64,000 bases of DNA from Bdellovibrio sp. (GCA_036677065.1 JAKFBS010000001.1:672001-736000); one strand, 5' to 3'. Positions 20,671 to 30,894 are shown, numbered from the stretch's first letter. The notes: generated by a model from the letters alone, not told the origin. Translations and numbers: made by a program.

Positions 20671-20979
20671 ATGAAGTACGAAATTGTAACGACTGCTGAA
20701 TTTGCAGCTTGGTTAGAACTACAACAGCCAAAAGTTCGAAACATCGTTAAAACTCGACTTGATATTATTTCGGTTGGGCACTTTGGAAATCATAAACGTT
20801 TCGAAGGGCTTATTGAGTTGAGATGGCGGAACGGAATCAGAGTGTACACTTTCATCTGGGATACTGTGATTGTAGTAGTATTAAATGGAGGCAATAAAAA
20901 TGGGCAAAATCGTGACATCAAAGAAGCAAAAAAAATCAAAAGGGAAATTCTTGAAGGTATATACTCCATTCGCGAGTAA
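20671..20979 (+). CDS. RelE/ParE-superfamily (HigB-like addiction-module killer) toxin
   Basis: GHFGNHK, LIELR, GIRVY and GGNKNGQNRDIKEAK motifs; toxin-first order. Confidence 0.85.
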   Translation: MKYEIVTTAEFAAWLELQQPKVRNIVKTRLDIISVGHFGNHKRFEGLIELRWRNGIRVYTFIWDTVIVVVLNGGNKNGQNRDIKEAKKIKREILEGIYSIRE

Positions 20980-21214
20980 AGAGCTTAAAGATGCAAAATT
21001 AGTGGTAGATACCTTACTTGACTGTATTCGCAGTGGAGATAATGAATTGTTTCGCGAAGTTTTATTTGCGCATCTAATGACAGTAAACAAAACAGATTTT
21101 GCTAAAAAATCTGGATTAGGTCGCAGAACTATATATGCTCTGATTGATTCTAAAAAAGAATTCAATCCAGAGCTTTCGACGATTTCGGCAATTATTCAAT
21201 CTATAGCAGCCTAA
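20900..21214 (+). CDS. HTH addiction-module antitoxin
   Basis: GGAGG SD at 20887 then ATG 20900. AKKSGLGRRTIY HTH and NPELSTI motif. Confidence 0.8.
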   Translation: MGKIVTSKKQKKSKGKFLKVYTPFASKELKDAKLVVDTLLDCIRSGDNELFREVLFAHLMTVNKTDFAKKSGLGRRTIYALIDSKKEFNPELSTISAIIQSIAA

Positions 21215-22396
21215 TTAATCTAACGGAGCCGGTAATGATTTATCGGCTTTGGCACCAAGTTCTTTTAGTTTTTCAACTTGTGAGATTAAATTTCCACGGC
21301 CTGAATTCATTTTTCCCATAATTTCAGTGTGAATTTTTTGCGTCGAATTTAAACGCTCACCCATAGTCTCTAAATCTTTTACGATCGCTGCGAATTTGTC
21401 ATATAGCTCGCCACCGCGTTTAGCGATCTCGAGAGCGTTTCTTTGTTGTTTATCCTGCTTCCATAAAGCAGCCACTGTGCGAAGTGTTGCTAACAACGTC
21501 GTAGGGCTTACGATCGCTACATTTTTTGTCCAGGCTTGTTCGAATAGTTCTGGTTTTAATTTAAATGCTAATGCAAACGCAGGTTCTAAGGGCATGAATA
21601 ACATCACAAAATCTGGAGATACGATTTCGTTAGCTAAGTGGTATTTTTTTTCTGATAAGCCGTTGATATGGCGTTTTAAAGATTCAACATGCAGATCAGC
21701 GTGTTTTTGACGAATCATTTCATCTTCAGCCGAGCTATAGCCTTCGTACGCTGAAAGCGTCACTTTAGAATCGATGATTAAGTGTTTTCCGTCAGGAAGT
21801 TTCACGATCACGTCTGGGCGCAGGATTTCGCCTTCAGAACCACGTACGGTTTCTTGCACGAAGTACTCTTCACCTTTTCTAAGACCTGAGCGCTCTAAGA
21901 TGTTTTCTAAAATCATCTCGCCCCAATTGCCTTGGGTTTTGTTTTCGCCTTTAAGGGCAGTCACAAGATTTTGCGCATCTTTTGACATGGTCGTGTTCAA
22001 TTCAATCAATTTACCGATTTCGCCGCGTAAATGGCCGCGCTCGGCTCTTTCTTGCGAATAGGTGTCTTCGACTTTTTTCTCGAAATCTTTAATGCGTTCT
22101 TTTAACGGGTCTAACAAAGTTGATAATTGTTTGTGGTTTTGATCAGACAGTTTACCTGATTTATCTTCAAATATTTTTTGCGCTAAGTTTTCAAATTGCA
22201 TGGTCATGCGATTTTGCATTTCTTGCGTCGTTGTCTTTTGTTGTTCGCTTAAAGTTTTTTGCTGCTCAGAAAGGGCTTTTTCAACATCAAATTTATTGCG
22301 CCAGATTTCAGCTTGAATGCGCATCTTTGAATACACAGCAAAACCGATAATTGCACCACCAGCGATAAATGCAGCCATTGCGATAATGTAATTCAT
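21215..22396 (-). CDS. rmuC: DNA recombination protein RmuC
   Basis: QGNWGEMILE, RPDVIV, IIDSK, PDFVMLF and SPTTLLATL motifs. Confidence 0.93.
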   Translation of the reverse strand: MNYIIAMAAFIAGGAIIGFAVYSKMRIQAEIWRNKFDVEKALSEQQKTLSEQQKTTTQEMQNRMTMQFENLAQKIFEDKSGKLSDQNHKQLSTLLDPLKERIKDFEKKVEDTYSQERAERGHLRGEIGKLIELNTTMSKDAQNLVTALKGENKTQGNWGEMILENILERSGLRKGEEYFVQETVRGSEGEILRPDVIVKLPDGKHLIIDSKVTLSAYEGYSSAEDEMIRQKHADLHVESLKRHINGLSEKKYHLANEIVSPDFVMLFMPLEPAFALAFKLKPELFEQAWTKNVAIVSPTTLLATLRTVAALWKQDKQQRNALEIAKRGGELYDKFAAIVKDLETMGERLNSTQKIHTEIMGKMNSGRGNLISQVEKLKELGAKADKSLPAPLD

Positions 22397-22494
22397 TTTA
22401 ACCCCTTACAAGCCTGCTGGCCCTACTGTGACAATATAAGTTATTTCATTGATAAAAAGCTGCAATTTTCTTAAGTTTCGCTATAAGTTAAGCT

Positions 22495-22746
22495 ATGAAC
22501 TTAAAAAAATTAGCTCTTGGTGTTATCGCGATCGTTGCTCTATTAATTTTAGGGTACTTTATGCAGCAAAACAAATCAAATACGCGCAAAATTTGCACAC
22601 CTGTCGCCGACAAAGTCGTCTGTCAGGAATGCTCTTGCCCGATGGGTCAGCCGATTCCTTCAAACACTCCACCTGCTCCAGGAATGAATAGCTCAGTCGC
22701 TTGTCCGGATGGCGCAACCCCTACTTGTAAACAAGTGGAGAACTAG
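22495..22746 (+). CDS. Small membrane-anchored Cys-containing protein
   Basis: N-terminal TM helix, six Cys; abuts menA. Confidence 0.6.
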   Translation: MNLKKLALGVIAIVALLILGYFMQQNKSNTRKICTPVADKVVCQECSCPMGQPIPSNTPPAPGMNSSVACPDGATPTCKQVEN

Positions 22747-22749
22747 GCC

Positions 22750-23634
22750 ATGGCTCAATCAAATCTTAATTCTTGGGTGTTGGCAGCTCGTCCGAAAACT
22801 TTATCTGCAGCTGTGGTTCCGGTTTTAGCAACGATTGGTTTAGTGAATAGTTTAAAATTACCAATTCAATGGTGGATCATTGCCTTTGCTTTACTTTCTA
22901 GTTTCTGTATTCAAATCGGAACGAATTTTGTGAACGATGCGATGGATTTTAAAAAAGGCGCTGATAACGAAAAACGTTTAGGCCCAATGCGCGTCACTCA
23001 GCAAAAGATTTTTACATTTAAACAAGTGATGATGATGGCCACAGGATTTTTTGTTCTAGCGATGGCCTTTGGTATACCGTTAGTCATTCATGGTGGCTGG
23101 CCGATTGTAGTTATCGGCTTATTATCGGTGTTAATGGGTTATGCCTACACTTCTGGGCCAGTGCCTTTGGCGTATTTTGGTTTAGGCGATCTATTTGTAA
23201 TTATCTTTTTTGGGTTAGTTGCGGTTGGCGGTTTATTTTTTCTGCAAACTGGCACTTACACGTTGGATGCATTTGTTCTTGGGTTACAGATCGGTTTTTT
23301 GAGCACGATATTAATCGCGATTAATAATTTACGTGATATTCACACTGATAAAGAAGTGAATAAAAAAACTTTAGCCGTGCGCTTAGGTGTCACGGGCGCC
23401 AAAGTCTGGATCATATTTTTAGTGGTTGCTCCGTTCTTATTGGGTTATTACTGGCTAAACCAACAAAAGTACTGGCTTTATATTTTACCAACAATGTCAT
23501 TACCACTGGGATTATCAGTGGTGAAAAAAATTATCAGCACGGCTCCTTCAGCTGAGTACAATCGGTTTTTAGCAAAGTCTGCAGCTTACGGCATGATTTT
23601 TAGTTTAGGCTTTATGATTGGATCATTTATTTAA
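22750..23634 (+). CDS. menA: 1,4-dihydroxy-2-naphthoate polyprenyltransferase
   Basis: ARPKTL, NFVNDAMDFKKGAD and NNLRDIHTD..KKTLAVRLG motifs. Confidence 0.93.
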   Translation: MAQSNLNSWVLAARPKTLSAAVVPVLATIGLVNSLKLPIQWWIIAFALLSSFCIQIGTNFVNDAMDFKKGADNEKRLGPMRVTQQKIFTFKQVMMMATGFFVLAMAFGIPLVIHGGWPIVVIGLLSVLMGYAYTSGPVPLAYFGLGDLFVIIFFGLVAVGGLFFLQTGTYTLDAFVLGLQIGFLSTILIAINNLRDIHTDKEVNKKTLAVRLGVTGAKVWIIFLVVAPFLLGYYWLNQQKYWLYILPTMSLPLGLSVVKKIISTAPSAEYNRFLAKSAAYGMIFSLGFMIGSFI

Positions 23635-25649
23635 TGAAGCACAACAAGCAGAGCCTACAGATTTGGATTCATTGTTATACGCTTAAGCGTAAGGTGAAAC
23701 CCAATGCAGCGACTTCGGCTCTGGTTCAAGAGGGCGCATTAATTAAAATTCAAGATGAGTTTGGCAATGACGGATTTTCTGATCTTTGCCCGTGGCCAAG
23801 TTTAGGGGATGCTCCACTTGGTGAAGAGCTGGCTTCGCAAGGACCGCTTTATCAGCGGGCCATTGAATTAGCGCTTTTAGATTTACAGGCTCGCAAAGAT
23901 AAAAAAGTTTTAGTAACCAGTGACAAAGTTAAGAACAATATTTTAATTGCTGATTTTCGTGAGCTTGAAGGGGATTTTGATTTTTCTCGCATCACAGTGA
24001 AAATCAAGGGCAGCGAACATATTTATGAATTTGCTCAAGTATTAGTTGAGAATGTTCAGCGTTTTAAAACAATTCGTATTGATTTTAATAACTGTATCAG
24101 TGAATTTCAATTTTCAGAGTTTTTACATTTATTAAGCAACGAAGTTTTACAAAAAATTGAATATATCGAAGATCCATTCTTTTTTCATCGTGACCTATGG
24201 AACCAATATTCAGCTACAGTCAAATTAGTTTTAGACTGGAAGCAAGCCGAAGGGCAAAGCTGGAATAACCGGATCTGGAAGCCCTCACGCGAAGAAAAAA
24301 TGAATTGTCAGGATTTCTCGATCACTTCAAGTATGGAACATCCGGTGGGAGTAGTTCATGGGTTACATTTTGCGCAAAAGTACCCAGAAAAAACGCATGG
24401 ATTTTTAACTTTACCGCTGTATGAAGACACTGAATTTTCGCAGTACTTTACTATCGACCAGGATAATTTAGCTTATCGATCTGACGGTTATGGCATTGGT
24501 TTTACGACGGTATTAAATAAGCTCAATTGGATGCCAGTTTTTGACGGCGATAATTTTTTACTTTGTAATCACCGTGCCAGCGCTCAGGAAAAAAATGATC
24601 TCTTTAAAATTAAAAAACTTTTTAGCGAGAAAATACCCGGTAAAGATTTTGTTTTAATCCCCAGCAGTGGTTCTACGCAAAATTCACAAGAATCTATTAA
24701 AGTTGTTGCTCTAAGCGAACAAGCGTTAATCAATTCAGCTAAACGGGTAAATAAAGTTTTGAATGTGAATGAAAGTTCGATTTGGGGCTGTGTTTTGCCG
24801 ATGTTTCATGTCGGTGGTTTAGGTATTTTAATGCGGGCCTATGCCGCTGGATCGGTAATCCGTTATACGTCTTGGGAGCAGTTTAATCCAGATTGGATTA
24901 ACGAAAATCGTATAACTCATATTTCGCTTGTGCCGACCCAAATTTTTGAAATTGTGCAAAAAAAATGGTTTGCGCCAGCATTTGTACAGACAGTTTTTGT
25001 TGGCGGTGCAGAACTTAATCTAGATTTAGCCACGCAGGCAAAAGCCTTAGGTTGGCCAATCGTGCAAACATTTGGCATGACTGAAACAGCCTCAATGATT
25101 GCCGTTAAAAAAAATATTAATAACGAATACTTTGAAACTTTACCCAATGTTGAAATTAGTTCTGATAACGGCCGTTTAAAAATTAAATCTGATTCAAATG
25201 CCAGCTATATTTTAAAATTAAATTTAAATACCCAGGATTTAATCTGCGAAAAAATACCTGAATGGATTACAACCCAGGATCAGGTCGAAATTTCTGAAAA
25301 CAAGTTTAAATTTTTACAGCGTGAATCTGATTTTGTTAAAATCAAAGGCGAAGGTGTCTCGTTAGCAGAACTTCGCCAAACCTTGCTCAAACTAAATATC
25401 AACCCTAACGCAGCTACAATCTGTGATTTACCTGACGCACGCGATGGTGCAAGTCTAGTGTTAGTTGTGACACAGGGACAAAATGTAAATCAAATTTTGT
25501 CACAGTATAATGCGCTAGCTCGGCCTTATGAGAAAATCTATAGCTATATCGAGGTTACTGAATTTCCTGTGACGGATTTAGGTAAAATCAAATACACTTT
25601 ATTAAAAGAAAAGATAAAGGATCACCATGCTAAAAAATTACAATCCTAA
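23634..25649 (+). CDS. Fused o-succinylbenzoate synthase (MenC-like) and OSB-CoA ligase (MenE-like)
   Basis: N-half enolase-family motifs: KIKG, RIDFN, YIEDP. C-half AMP-binding motifs: SSGST, LPMFHVGGL, TFGMTET, GKI. Next to menA. Confidence 0.8.
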   Translation: MKHNKQSLQIWIHCYTLKRKVKPNAATSALVQEGALIKIQDEFGNDGFSDLCPWPSLGDAPLGEELASQGPLYQRAIELALLDLQARKDKKVLVTSDKVKNNILIADFRELEGDFDFSRITVKIKGSEHIYEFAQVLVENVQRFKTIRIDFNNCISEFQFSEFLHLLSNEVLQKIEYIEDPFFFHRDLWNQYSATVKLVLDWKQAEGQSWNNRIWKPSREEKMNCQDFSITSSMEHPVGVVHGLHFAQKYPEKTHGFLTLPLYEDTEFSQYFTIDQDNLAYRSDGYGIGFTTVLNKLNWMPVFDGDNFLLCNHRASAQEKNDLFKIKKLFSEKIPGKDFVLIPSSGSTQNSQESIKVVALSEQALINSAKRVNKVLNVNESSIWGCVLPMFHVGGLGILMRAYAAGSVIRYTSWEQFNPDWINENRITHISLVPTQIFEIVQKKWFAPAFVQTVFVGGAELNLDLATQAKALGWPIVQTFGMTETASMIAVKKNINNEYFETLPNVEISSDNGRLKIKSDSNASYILKLNLNTQDLICEKIPEWITTQDQVEISENKFKFLQRESDFVKIKGEGVSLAELRQTLLKLNINPNAATICDLPDARDGASLVLVVTQGQNVNQILSQYNALARPYEKIYSYIEVTEFPVTDLGKIKYTLLKEKIKDHHAKKLQS

Positions 25650-25938
25650 ATTTACCAAAGGCAGTCTGTTCATCTGTACAAAATGCGGTAAGGATTTTTC
25701 TGATCCAAAACCAGAGCGCGCTGAAAAATTAAAATCTGAATTGCGCTCTGATTTAAAAGAATTCGATGCTCATAAAAAAATTCGTGTAATGACCAGCGGT
25801 TGTTTGGGTTTGTGTGAAAAAGACGAACAAACTTTTGCGTATTATCCAAATTACGGCGAGATGGAAATGTTATCGACGTCTGATGATTTCAAAACCGCTA
25901 AGAACGATATTTTAAATTTTATTAAAACTAAGGTTTAA
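25627..25938 (+). CDS. Thioredoxin-like (2Fe-2S) ferredoxin-family protein
   Basis: FICTKC and SGCLGLC motifs. Confidence 0.65.
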   Translation: MLKNYNPKFTKGSLFICTKCGKDFSDPKPERAEKLKSELRSDLKEFDAHKKIRVMTSGCLGLCEKDEQTFAYYPNYGEMEMLSTSDDFKTAKNDILNFIKTKV

Positions 25939-25943
25939 GAGAT

Positions 25944-26387
25944 TTAAGTACCGAATCGTGATGCGTTTTCAGCATCTTCAGCAGCAATACGTTCGATCTC
26001 TTCTTTGCTCCACAATTTACCCTTACCAACGCCGGGGCAGAATGAAGCAACTTCGCCTTTCCAAGCCTTCGGTGTCATCACTTCAGGCCAAAAAGGCCAT
26101 GTGCGGCACTGGGTAGGGCGTGCTTCATAGATTGAGCAGCGCTTGTTTTTTAGGAACATGCAATCGGGCTGTTTTGGGTCTTCTTTAAGATGCCAAACGC
26201 CATCTTTAATATCGCAGTACTGACGAGTAAAAGCTGCGGTAGAAATGTTCAGATGTTTTGCAAATCGTCTTCGATCTTCTAAAGTTAAAAAGACAAAACC
26301 GAATTCGCCATGGGATGTGCAGCAGTTGCCTGATCCCTGACATTCAAACTTCAAACCATCTTCATAAAAAGGGCGTTTTATTGACAT
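25944..26387 (-). CDS. YkgJ-family (CxxCxxCC) cysteine-cluster protein
   Basis: CQGSGNCC, CMFL and CSIYEARPTQCRTWPFW motifs. Confidence 0.88.
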   Translation of the reverse strand: MSIKRPFYEDGLKFECQGSGNCCTSHGEFGFVFLTLEDRRRFAKHLNISTAAFTRQYCDIKDGVWHLKEDPKQPDCMFLKNKRCSIYEARPTQCRTWPFWPEVMTPKAWKGEVASFCPGVGKGKLWSKEEIERIAAEDAENASRFGT

Positions 26388-26423
26388 GAATCTAGTCTAT
26401 GTCTATACCGTTCATTTGAATAT

Positions 26424-27365
26424 ATGAATTTGAAAATTTTCAGTCCAAAAGACTTTCCAGCTTATTTGCCTAAATTGAACTCGCTTTACGATGACCTATT
26501 TGCAGGTGGTAAAGGGTTTAGGTCAAAACTTGTGCAAATGGTCAGTAATCCACTGGCTTTACCTACTGAAACACAGCAACTTTTATGTCAGACCATCGAA
26601 TTCGTTCATAATGCTTCGCTTTTACATGATGATTTGATTGATCGCTCACAACTACGTCGCGGAAAACCTGCCGCGTGGGCTAAATACACTCCTGAATACG
26701 CTGTCTTGGCCGGCGATTATTTATTAGCTCGCGTGATGGTGAATTTGTCTTCTTTTGGCAATATCAAGTTAGTTCAATTTACCTCTGAAACAATTTCGGA
26801 TTTATTAGAAGGTGAATGGTTACAGGATTCTGTTGTCGGCGATTTTTTTGTTTCGTTAGAGCAATTAGACCGTATTCATAATTTAAAAACCGCTTCGTTA
26901 TTTAAGTGGTGTTTGCGGGCTCCGTTTATGGCAGCAGGTAATAACGACGAAGAATTACATCGCACACTTGATGAAATGGGCACCATCTTGGGCCAATTGT
27001 TTCAACGCAGTGATGATTTGTTAGATTACGATATTCGTAATGATGAAGGTAAAGCAATTTTAGGAGACCTTAAATCAGGCTACTTAAATTCATTCGGCGC
27101 TTTTGTTACGCGCGATATGACTCGTGCGCAAATCGACCAGATGGTAAGGTCATCAGATCTTAATGAGTATTACCAATGTTTTGCCGGCGGTGAAAAAGAA
27201 TTTCAAAGTTATGTGCAAAAATTCGATGCCGTTAATGAAAAGATGATTCAGCTTTATGATCATCATCTTGTTCAGCTTGAAAAGAAAATTCAAAAACCTG
27301 AGCTGATTAAATCATTAAAACCATTAACCGAGATTCTATATTGGCGCAGAAAGCCCAAAGCGTGA
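26424..27365 (+). CDS. Polyprenyl diphosphate synthase
   Basis: GGKGFR, LHDDLID..RRG, KTASLF and FQRSDDLLD motifs. Confidence 0.92.
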   Translation: MNLKIFSPKDFPAYLPKLNSLYDDLFAGGKGFRSKLVQMVSNPLALPTETQQLLCQTIEFVHNASLLHDDLIDRSQLRRGKPAAWAKYTPEYAVLAGDYLLARVMVNLSSFGNIKLVQFTSETISDLLEGEWLQDSVVGDFFVSLEQLDRIHNLKTASLFKWCLRAPFMAAGNNDEELHRTLDEMGTILGQLFQRSDDLLDYDIRNDEGKAILGDLKSGYLNSFGAFVTRDMTRAQIDQMVRSSDLNEYYQCFAGGEKEFQSYVQKFDAVNEKMIQLYDHHLVQLEKKIQKPELIKSLKPLTEILYWRRKPKA

Positions 27366-28450
27366 GTACGTTCATTACCCTAAAGAAAAAAGATTCTGAT
27401 TTTCAAAAATATCTTTGGGGCCAGTTTTCTAAAACTCAAGTGGCGCTTCCGATGGTCACCATGAATTTAGATTCTCCGGAAGAAACGGTGACTTTTGAAA
27501 TCGTTGATAAATCTTCAGTTAAAAGACCATCAGCATTTAAAATTTTTTTAAGTCTGATTAAATTTCAAAATTTATTTTTAATTTTATTACCACTTTTTTA
27601 TGTCTTGATTAAAAACTATGTTGATAATCGTTTTCGTGACCCGCAAACATGTTTAATCGCCACCTTTGCGATGTTATTTATTTTTGCAGCTTTAAATATT
27701 CGTAACGATGTGAATGACCATGTTTCGGGTTATGACCGCGTGAATATTTCGCCTTCAGAAAAACCAATCAACAAAGGCTGGATTACGGCGGCCCAGGCCT
27801 CGGTTATCAGTTGGCTGCTCACCCTGATCGCCATGATTATTTCACTTCCGGTGATGTTGCGTCAGCCTGAAGAAGCCCGCGTGATTGCTGTAGTGATAGT
27901 ATTAATTTTTGCCGGCAGATTACTTTCAAAAAATTCTTATAAAAACCAACGCTGGGGAGAAGTGATATTTTTTATTCTTGCGGGGCCAGGAGTAGTTTCA
28001 GGATACCAAGTGGCTTTAGGAGCAGGAATTGATACTGAAGTTTTAGCTTTTGGTATCTTATGGGCATGGGGCATCCAGTTTTTAGTTCATCTTAATAATT
28101 TCAATCACATTTTAACCAGCTCACAAGCTGGTATTAAAAACACCATGACCAATGCTGGTTTTGATAAAGCCAAAAAGATTTTAATAGGCTGGTGGTGTGC
28201 ATTTATCATTTTATGGATTTTGTACCACTATTTTTACGCTAGCACCTTTTGGTCTTATTTAACGACTGTAGTTTTGATTTTCTGGTCGATTCCAACATTT
28301 ATTAAAATTTCTGAAATTCAATCACCATTAGGTTCTGATTTAGCCGAAGCCAAGCGTGTGGGTTATCGCAACTTTTTATTAATGTGTGTATTGATTGTTA
28401 TCGAATTCTATTGGTATCTCGGAAACAAAAACGACTGGTTTGTTATTTAA
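27362..28450 (+). CDS. UbiA/MenA-like prenyltransferase family membrane protein
   Basis: NDVNDHVSGYD motif; multiple TM helices. GTG start overlaps the upstream stop. Confidence 0.7.
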   Translation: MSTFITLKKKDSDFQKYLWGQFSKTQVALPMVTMNLDSPEETVTFEIVDKSSVKRPSAFKIFLSLIKFQNLFLILLPLFYVLIKNYVDNRFRDPQTCLIATFAMLFIFAALNIRNDVNDHVSGYDRVNISPSEKPINKGWITAAQASVISWLLTLIAMIISLPVMLRQPEEARVIAVVIVLIFAGRLLSKNSYKNQRWGEVIFFILAGPGVVSGYQVALGAGIDTEVLAFGILWAWGIQFLVHLNNFNHILTSSQAGIKNTMTNAGFDKAKKILIGWWCAFIILWILYHYFYASTFWSYLTTVVLIFWSIPTFIKISEIQSPLGSDLAEAKRVGYRNFLLMCVLIVIEFYWYLGNKNDWFVI

Positions 28451-29146
28451 ATGGTGCAATTTGTTTTTGCCAATCAGGATTTAGAAACTAAGTTTGGCCA
28501 TTGGCAGTCGTTTATAAATGAAAATTTTAAATCTGATGAAACTTATAAGGTTCAGTTCGAGAGCGAAATTCCAACGATTTACGATAACGACGGCCGTAAA
28601 TTTAAAATTGATTTTTTAGGTGATAATCTAAATTACAATAAAGTTAAAAGCTCGATCAATAAAGAACCGCTAGCTAAAGCGCTTGGCAGTGGCAACAAAG
28701 GTTATAAGTTGTTAGATCTATCGGCAGGTCTTGGTGTTGACTCGGTGTTTTTACTGCAGCTTGGTTTTAAAGTTACTGCGATAGAAAGAAACCCGTTAAT
28801 TTACATGGCTTTAAAAATTGCCTCTGAACATTTGCCAGAAATTAACTTTGTTTATTCTGACTCACTAAAATACTTAGACACAGTCGTGCCTGAACAATTT
28901 GATGTGGCGTATTTTGATCCGATGTTTCCAGAAAAGAAAAAATCAGCCCTGCCTAAGCAAGAGATGGTGTTTTTTAAAAATCTGGTCGGTCATGATGAAG
29001 ACGCCGTTAATATTGTAAACTTAGCTATTGAGAAAAAGTTATTTAAACGTTTTGTCGTTAAACGGCCGCTTTCTGCTGAATCATTTAAAAAGCCAGCAGG
29101 CAGCATTGAAGGAAAGATTATTCGCTATGATATCTATGGTCTTTGA
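28451..29146 (+). CDS. rsmJ: 16S rRNA m2G1516 methyltransferase RsmJ-like
   Basis: LDLSAGLGVD, YFDPMFP, KKSALPK and VVKRP motifs. Confidence 0.82.
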   Translation: MVQFVFANQDLETKFGHWQSFINENFKSDETYKVQFESEIPTIYDNDGRKFKIDFLGDNLNYNKVKSSINKEPLAKALGSGNKGYKLLDLSAGLGVDSVFLLQLGFKVTAIERNPLIYMALKIASEHLPEINFVYSDSLKYLDTVVPEQFDVAYFDPMFPEKKKSALPKQEMVFFKNLVGHDEDAVNIVNLAIEKKLFKRFVVKRPLSAESFKKPAGSIEGKIIRYDIYGL

Positions 29147-30041
29147 ACAATTAAAATTAACTCTAAAAAGTTTTTCAATTTTAAAAAACCAACATCAGGC
29201 TTTAGTGACATTGGATTTTGACAGCAATCAACGTCGCGAAGCTTTAATGCGTTTATGCTTTTCGCCACTGGCTGCGTGGCCACTGTTATTAGTGCTTTTG
29301 TTTTTTATTATTAACCCACTTCGTTATCACTTTTCTTTAAGTCAAACATTAGGGATGGATAATATTTTAGTGCAAACCCTGTTTGGTATGGATTGGCTGT
29401 ACGCTGCTATTTTGGCCGTCGTTGTTTTTGCGGTCAGCTACTTCAGCCGTAAAGAATTTATCGTTATTGCCATAGTGGGTTTTTTAATATCACAAGGTGA
29501 TATGCATTTATTATTAGGCATTATTTTATTAGCCTGTATTGTGCTAGCGCGTATTTTTTTAAATTTACGCTGGGTGCGCTCTTTAGAAAGTTATTCGAAA
29601 GGCACTTGGTTAGTTACGGGTTTATTAAGTTTTGTGTCGTGGGCCTTGGCCGTGCATTTATCATTTGAGTTTTATAATTATCTATTACAGGCAGGGTATT
29701 TTAGGCAGTCAATGTATGCTAACCGTTTAGAAGTCTTTATTCTTACGGTGTGTATGTATTACGGCTTAGAACTTGTGGTTCTATCGGTGTGGGGGCATTT
29801 CTATACAAAGAAAAATCCCGAGCCGTCAAATTTTGCGATCAAATACTCAACCAGCGTTCTTTTAAAAAAGCTGACATTAGGTAAAGCGTTTAAAGAGGAC
29901 TTACGTGACCAAGTCATCGTTATTAAGAATAATCAACGCGTGTATGCAAATGCCGATCTAGACCTTTTGCCTAAACGTTTAGTCGATCTGCATCGAAAAG
30001 AAGAATCTTTTTTGACTACAGCATTATCCTCTCTAACATAG
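29136..30041 (+). CDS. Hypothetical membrane protein
   Basis: Several TM helices; start codon uncertain. Confidence 0.7.
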   Translation: MVFEQLKLTLKSFSILKNQHQALVTLDFDSNQRREALMRLCFSPLAAWPLLLVLLFFIINPLRYHFSLSQTLGMDNILVQTLFGMDWLYAAILAVVVFAVSYFSRKEFIVIAIVGFLISQGDMHLLLGIILLACIVLARIFLNLRWVRSLESYSKGTWLVTGLLSFVSWALAVHLSFEFYNYLLQAGYFRQSMYANRLEVFILTVCMYYGLELVVLSVWGHFYTKKNPEPSNFAIKYSTSVLLKKLTLGKAFKEDLRDQVIVIKNNQRVYANADLDLLPKRLVDLHRKEESFLTTALSSLT

Positions 30042-30045
30042 AGGA

Positions 30046-30894
30046 ATGTCTGACGAAATTGCCCGTTTGAAGGGTATCATTCACATGAAGGATCAAGAGC
30101 TTTTGTTGTATAAACAAGAGTTGTTGAAATTTTCGCATCAGTTAGACAATGTCATGATCCAGATTTCGGGAGATGTGGATTTATTAAAAAAGATCCAAAA
30201 AGTTTTAACTCCCACTGAAATTCCGAACATTCCAGGATTTGAATTTAGCCGCAAGTTTGTCTATGGGTCGCGCTACGGTGGTGATTACTTCGATATTTTT
30301 GAACACGAAGATAAATTGAAGTTCGGTATTCTGTTATCATCATCATCAGGGTATGCGATGTCGGCTTTGTTTTTATCTTTGATTTTAAAAGTAACCCATT
30401 TGATGGAAGCTAAAAAAGGTTTAGCGCCAGAAAAGGTTTTGGAACAGATTGGTACAGAGCTTAAATCGACAGCAGCTACAAAAGACGAAACTCAGGCCTT
30501 TTACGGGGTGATCGATCGTCGTGATTTAACTTTAAATTTTTGTGCAGTTGGCCGAATCAAAGGCTTTTTGCAGTCACCGGGCAAACCATTGCAAATGATC
30601 TCGTCGGATTCTGCGGCTCTGGGTTCAATGACTTCGCCTGTTTTTAAATCAGCGAGTGTTGAATTAGAACCAAAGTCTAGAGTGGTATTACTGAGCGATG
30701 GCATTTTAGAGGTTTTGTCGACGGATCAAATTAGTCAGTGTTTGCAAACTCTCGGTAATTCGTCACAGGTTCATGATGTGCGTAATGAAATCTTATTAAA
30801 ATGCCAGCTGGTGTCTGGTCTTGATACTCCGTTACGAGATCAGACCGTCGTCGTGATCGAAGTTAAAGACAGAGTGATAAAACTAGCCAAGTAA
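30046..30894 (+). CDS. SpoIIE/PP2C-family phosphatase-like protein
   Basis: GGDYFD, SDGI and RDQTVVV motifs; N-terminal coiled coil. Confidence 0.8.
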   Translation: MSDEIARLKGIIHMKDQELLLYKQELLKFSHQLDNVMIQISGDVDLLKKIQKVLTPTEIPNIPGFEFSRKFVYGSRYGGDYFDIFEHEDKLKFGILLSSSSGYAMSALFLSLILKVTHLMEAKKGLAPEKVLEQIGTELKSTAATKDETQAFYGVIDRRDLTLNFCAVGRIKGFLQSPGKPLQMISSDSAALGSMTSPVFKSASVELEPKSRVVLLSDGILEVLSTDQISQCLQTLGNSSQVHDVRNEILLKCQLVSGLDTPLRDQTVVVIEVKDRVIKLAK

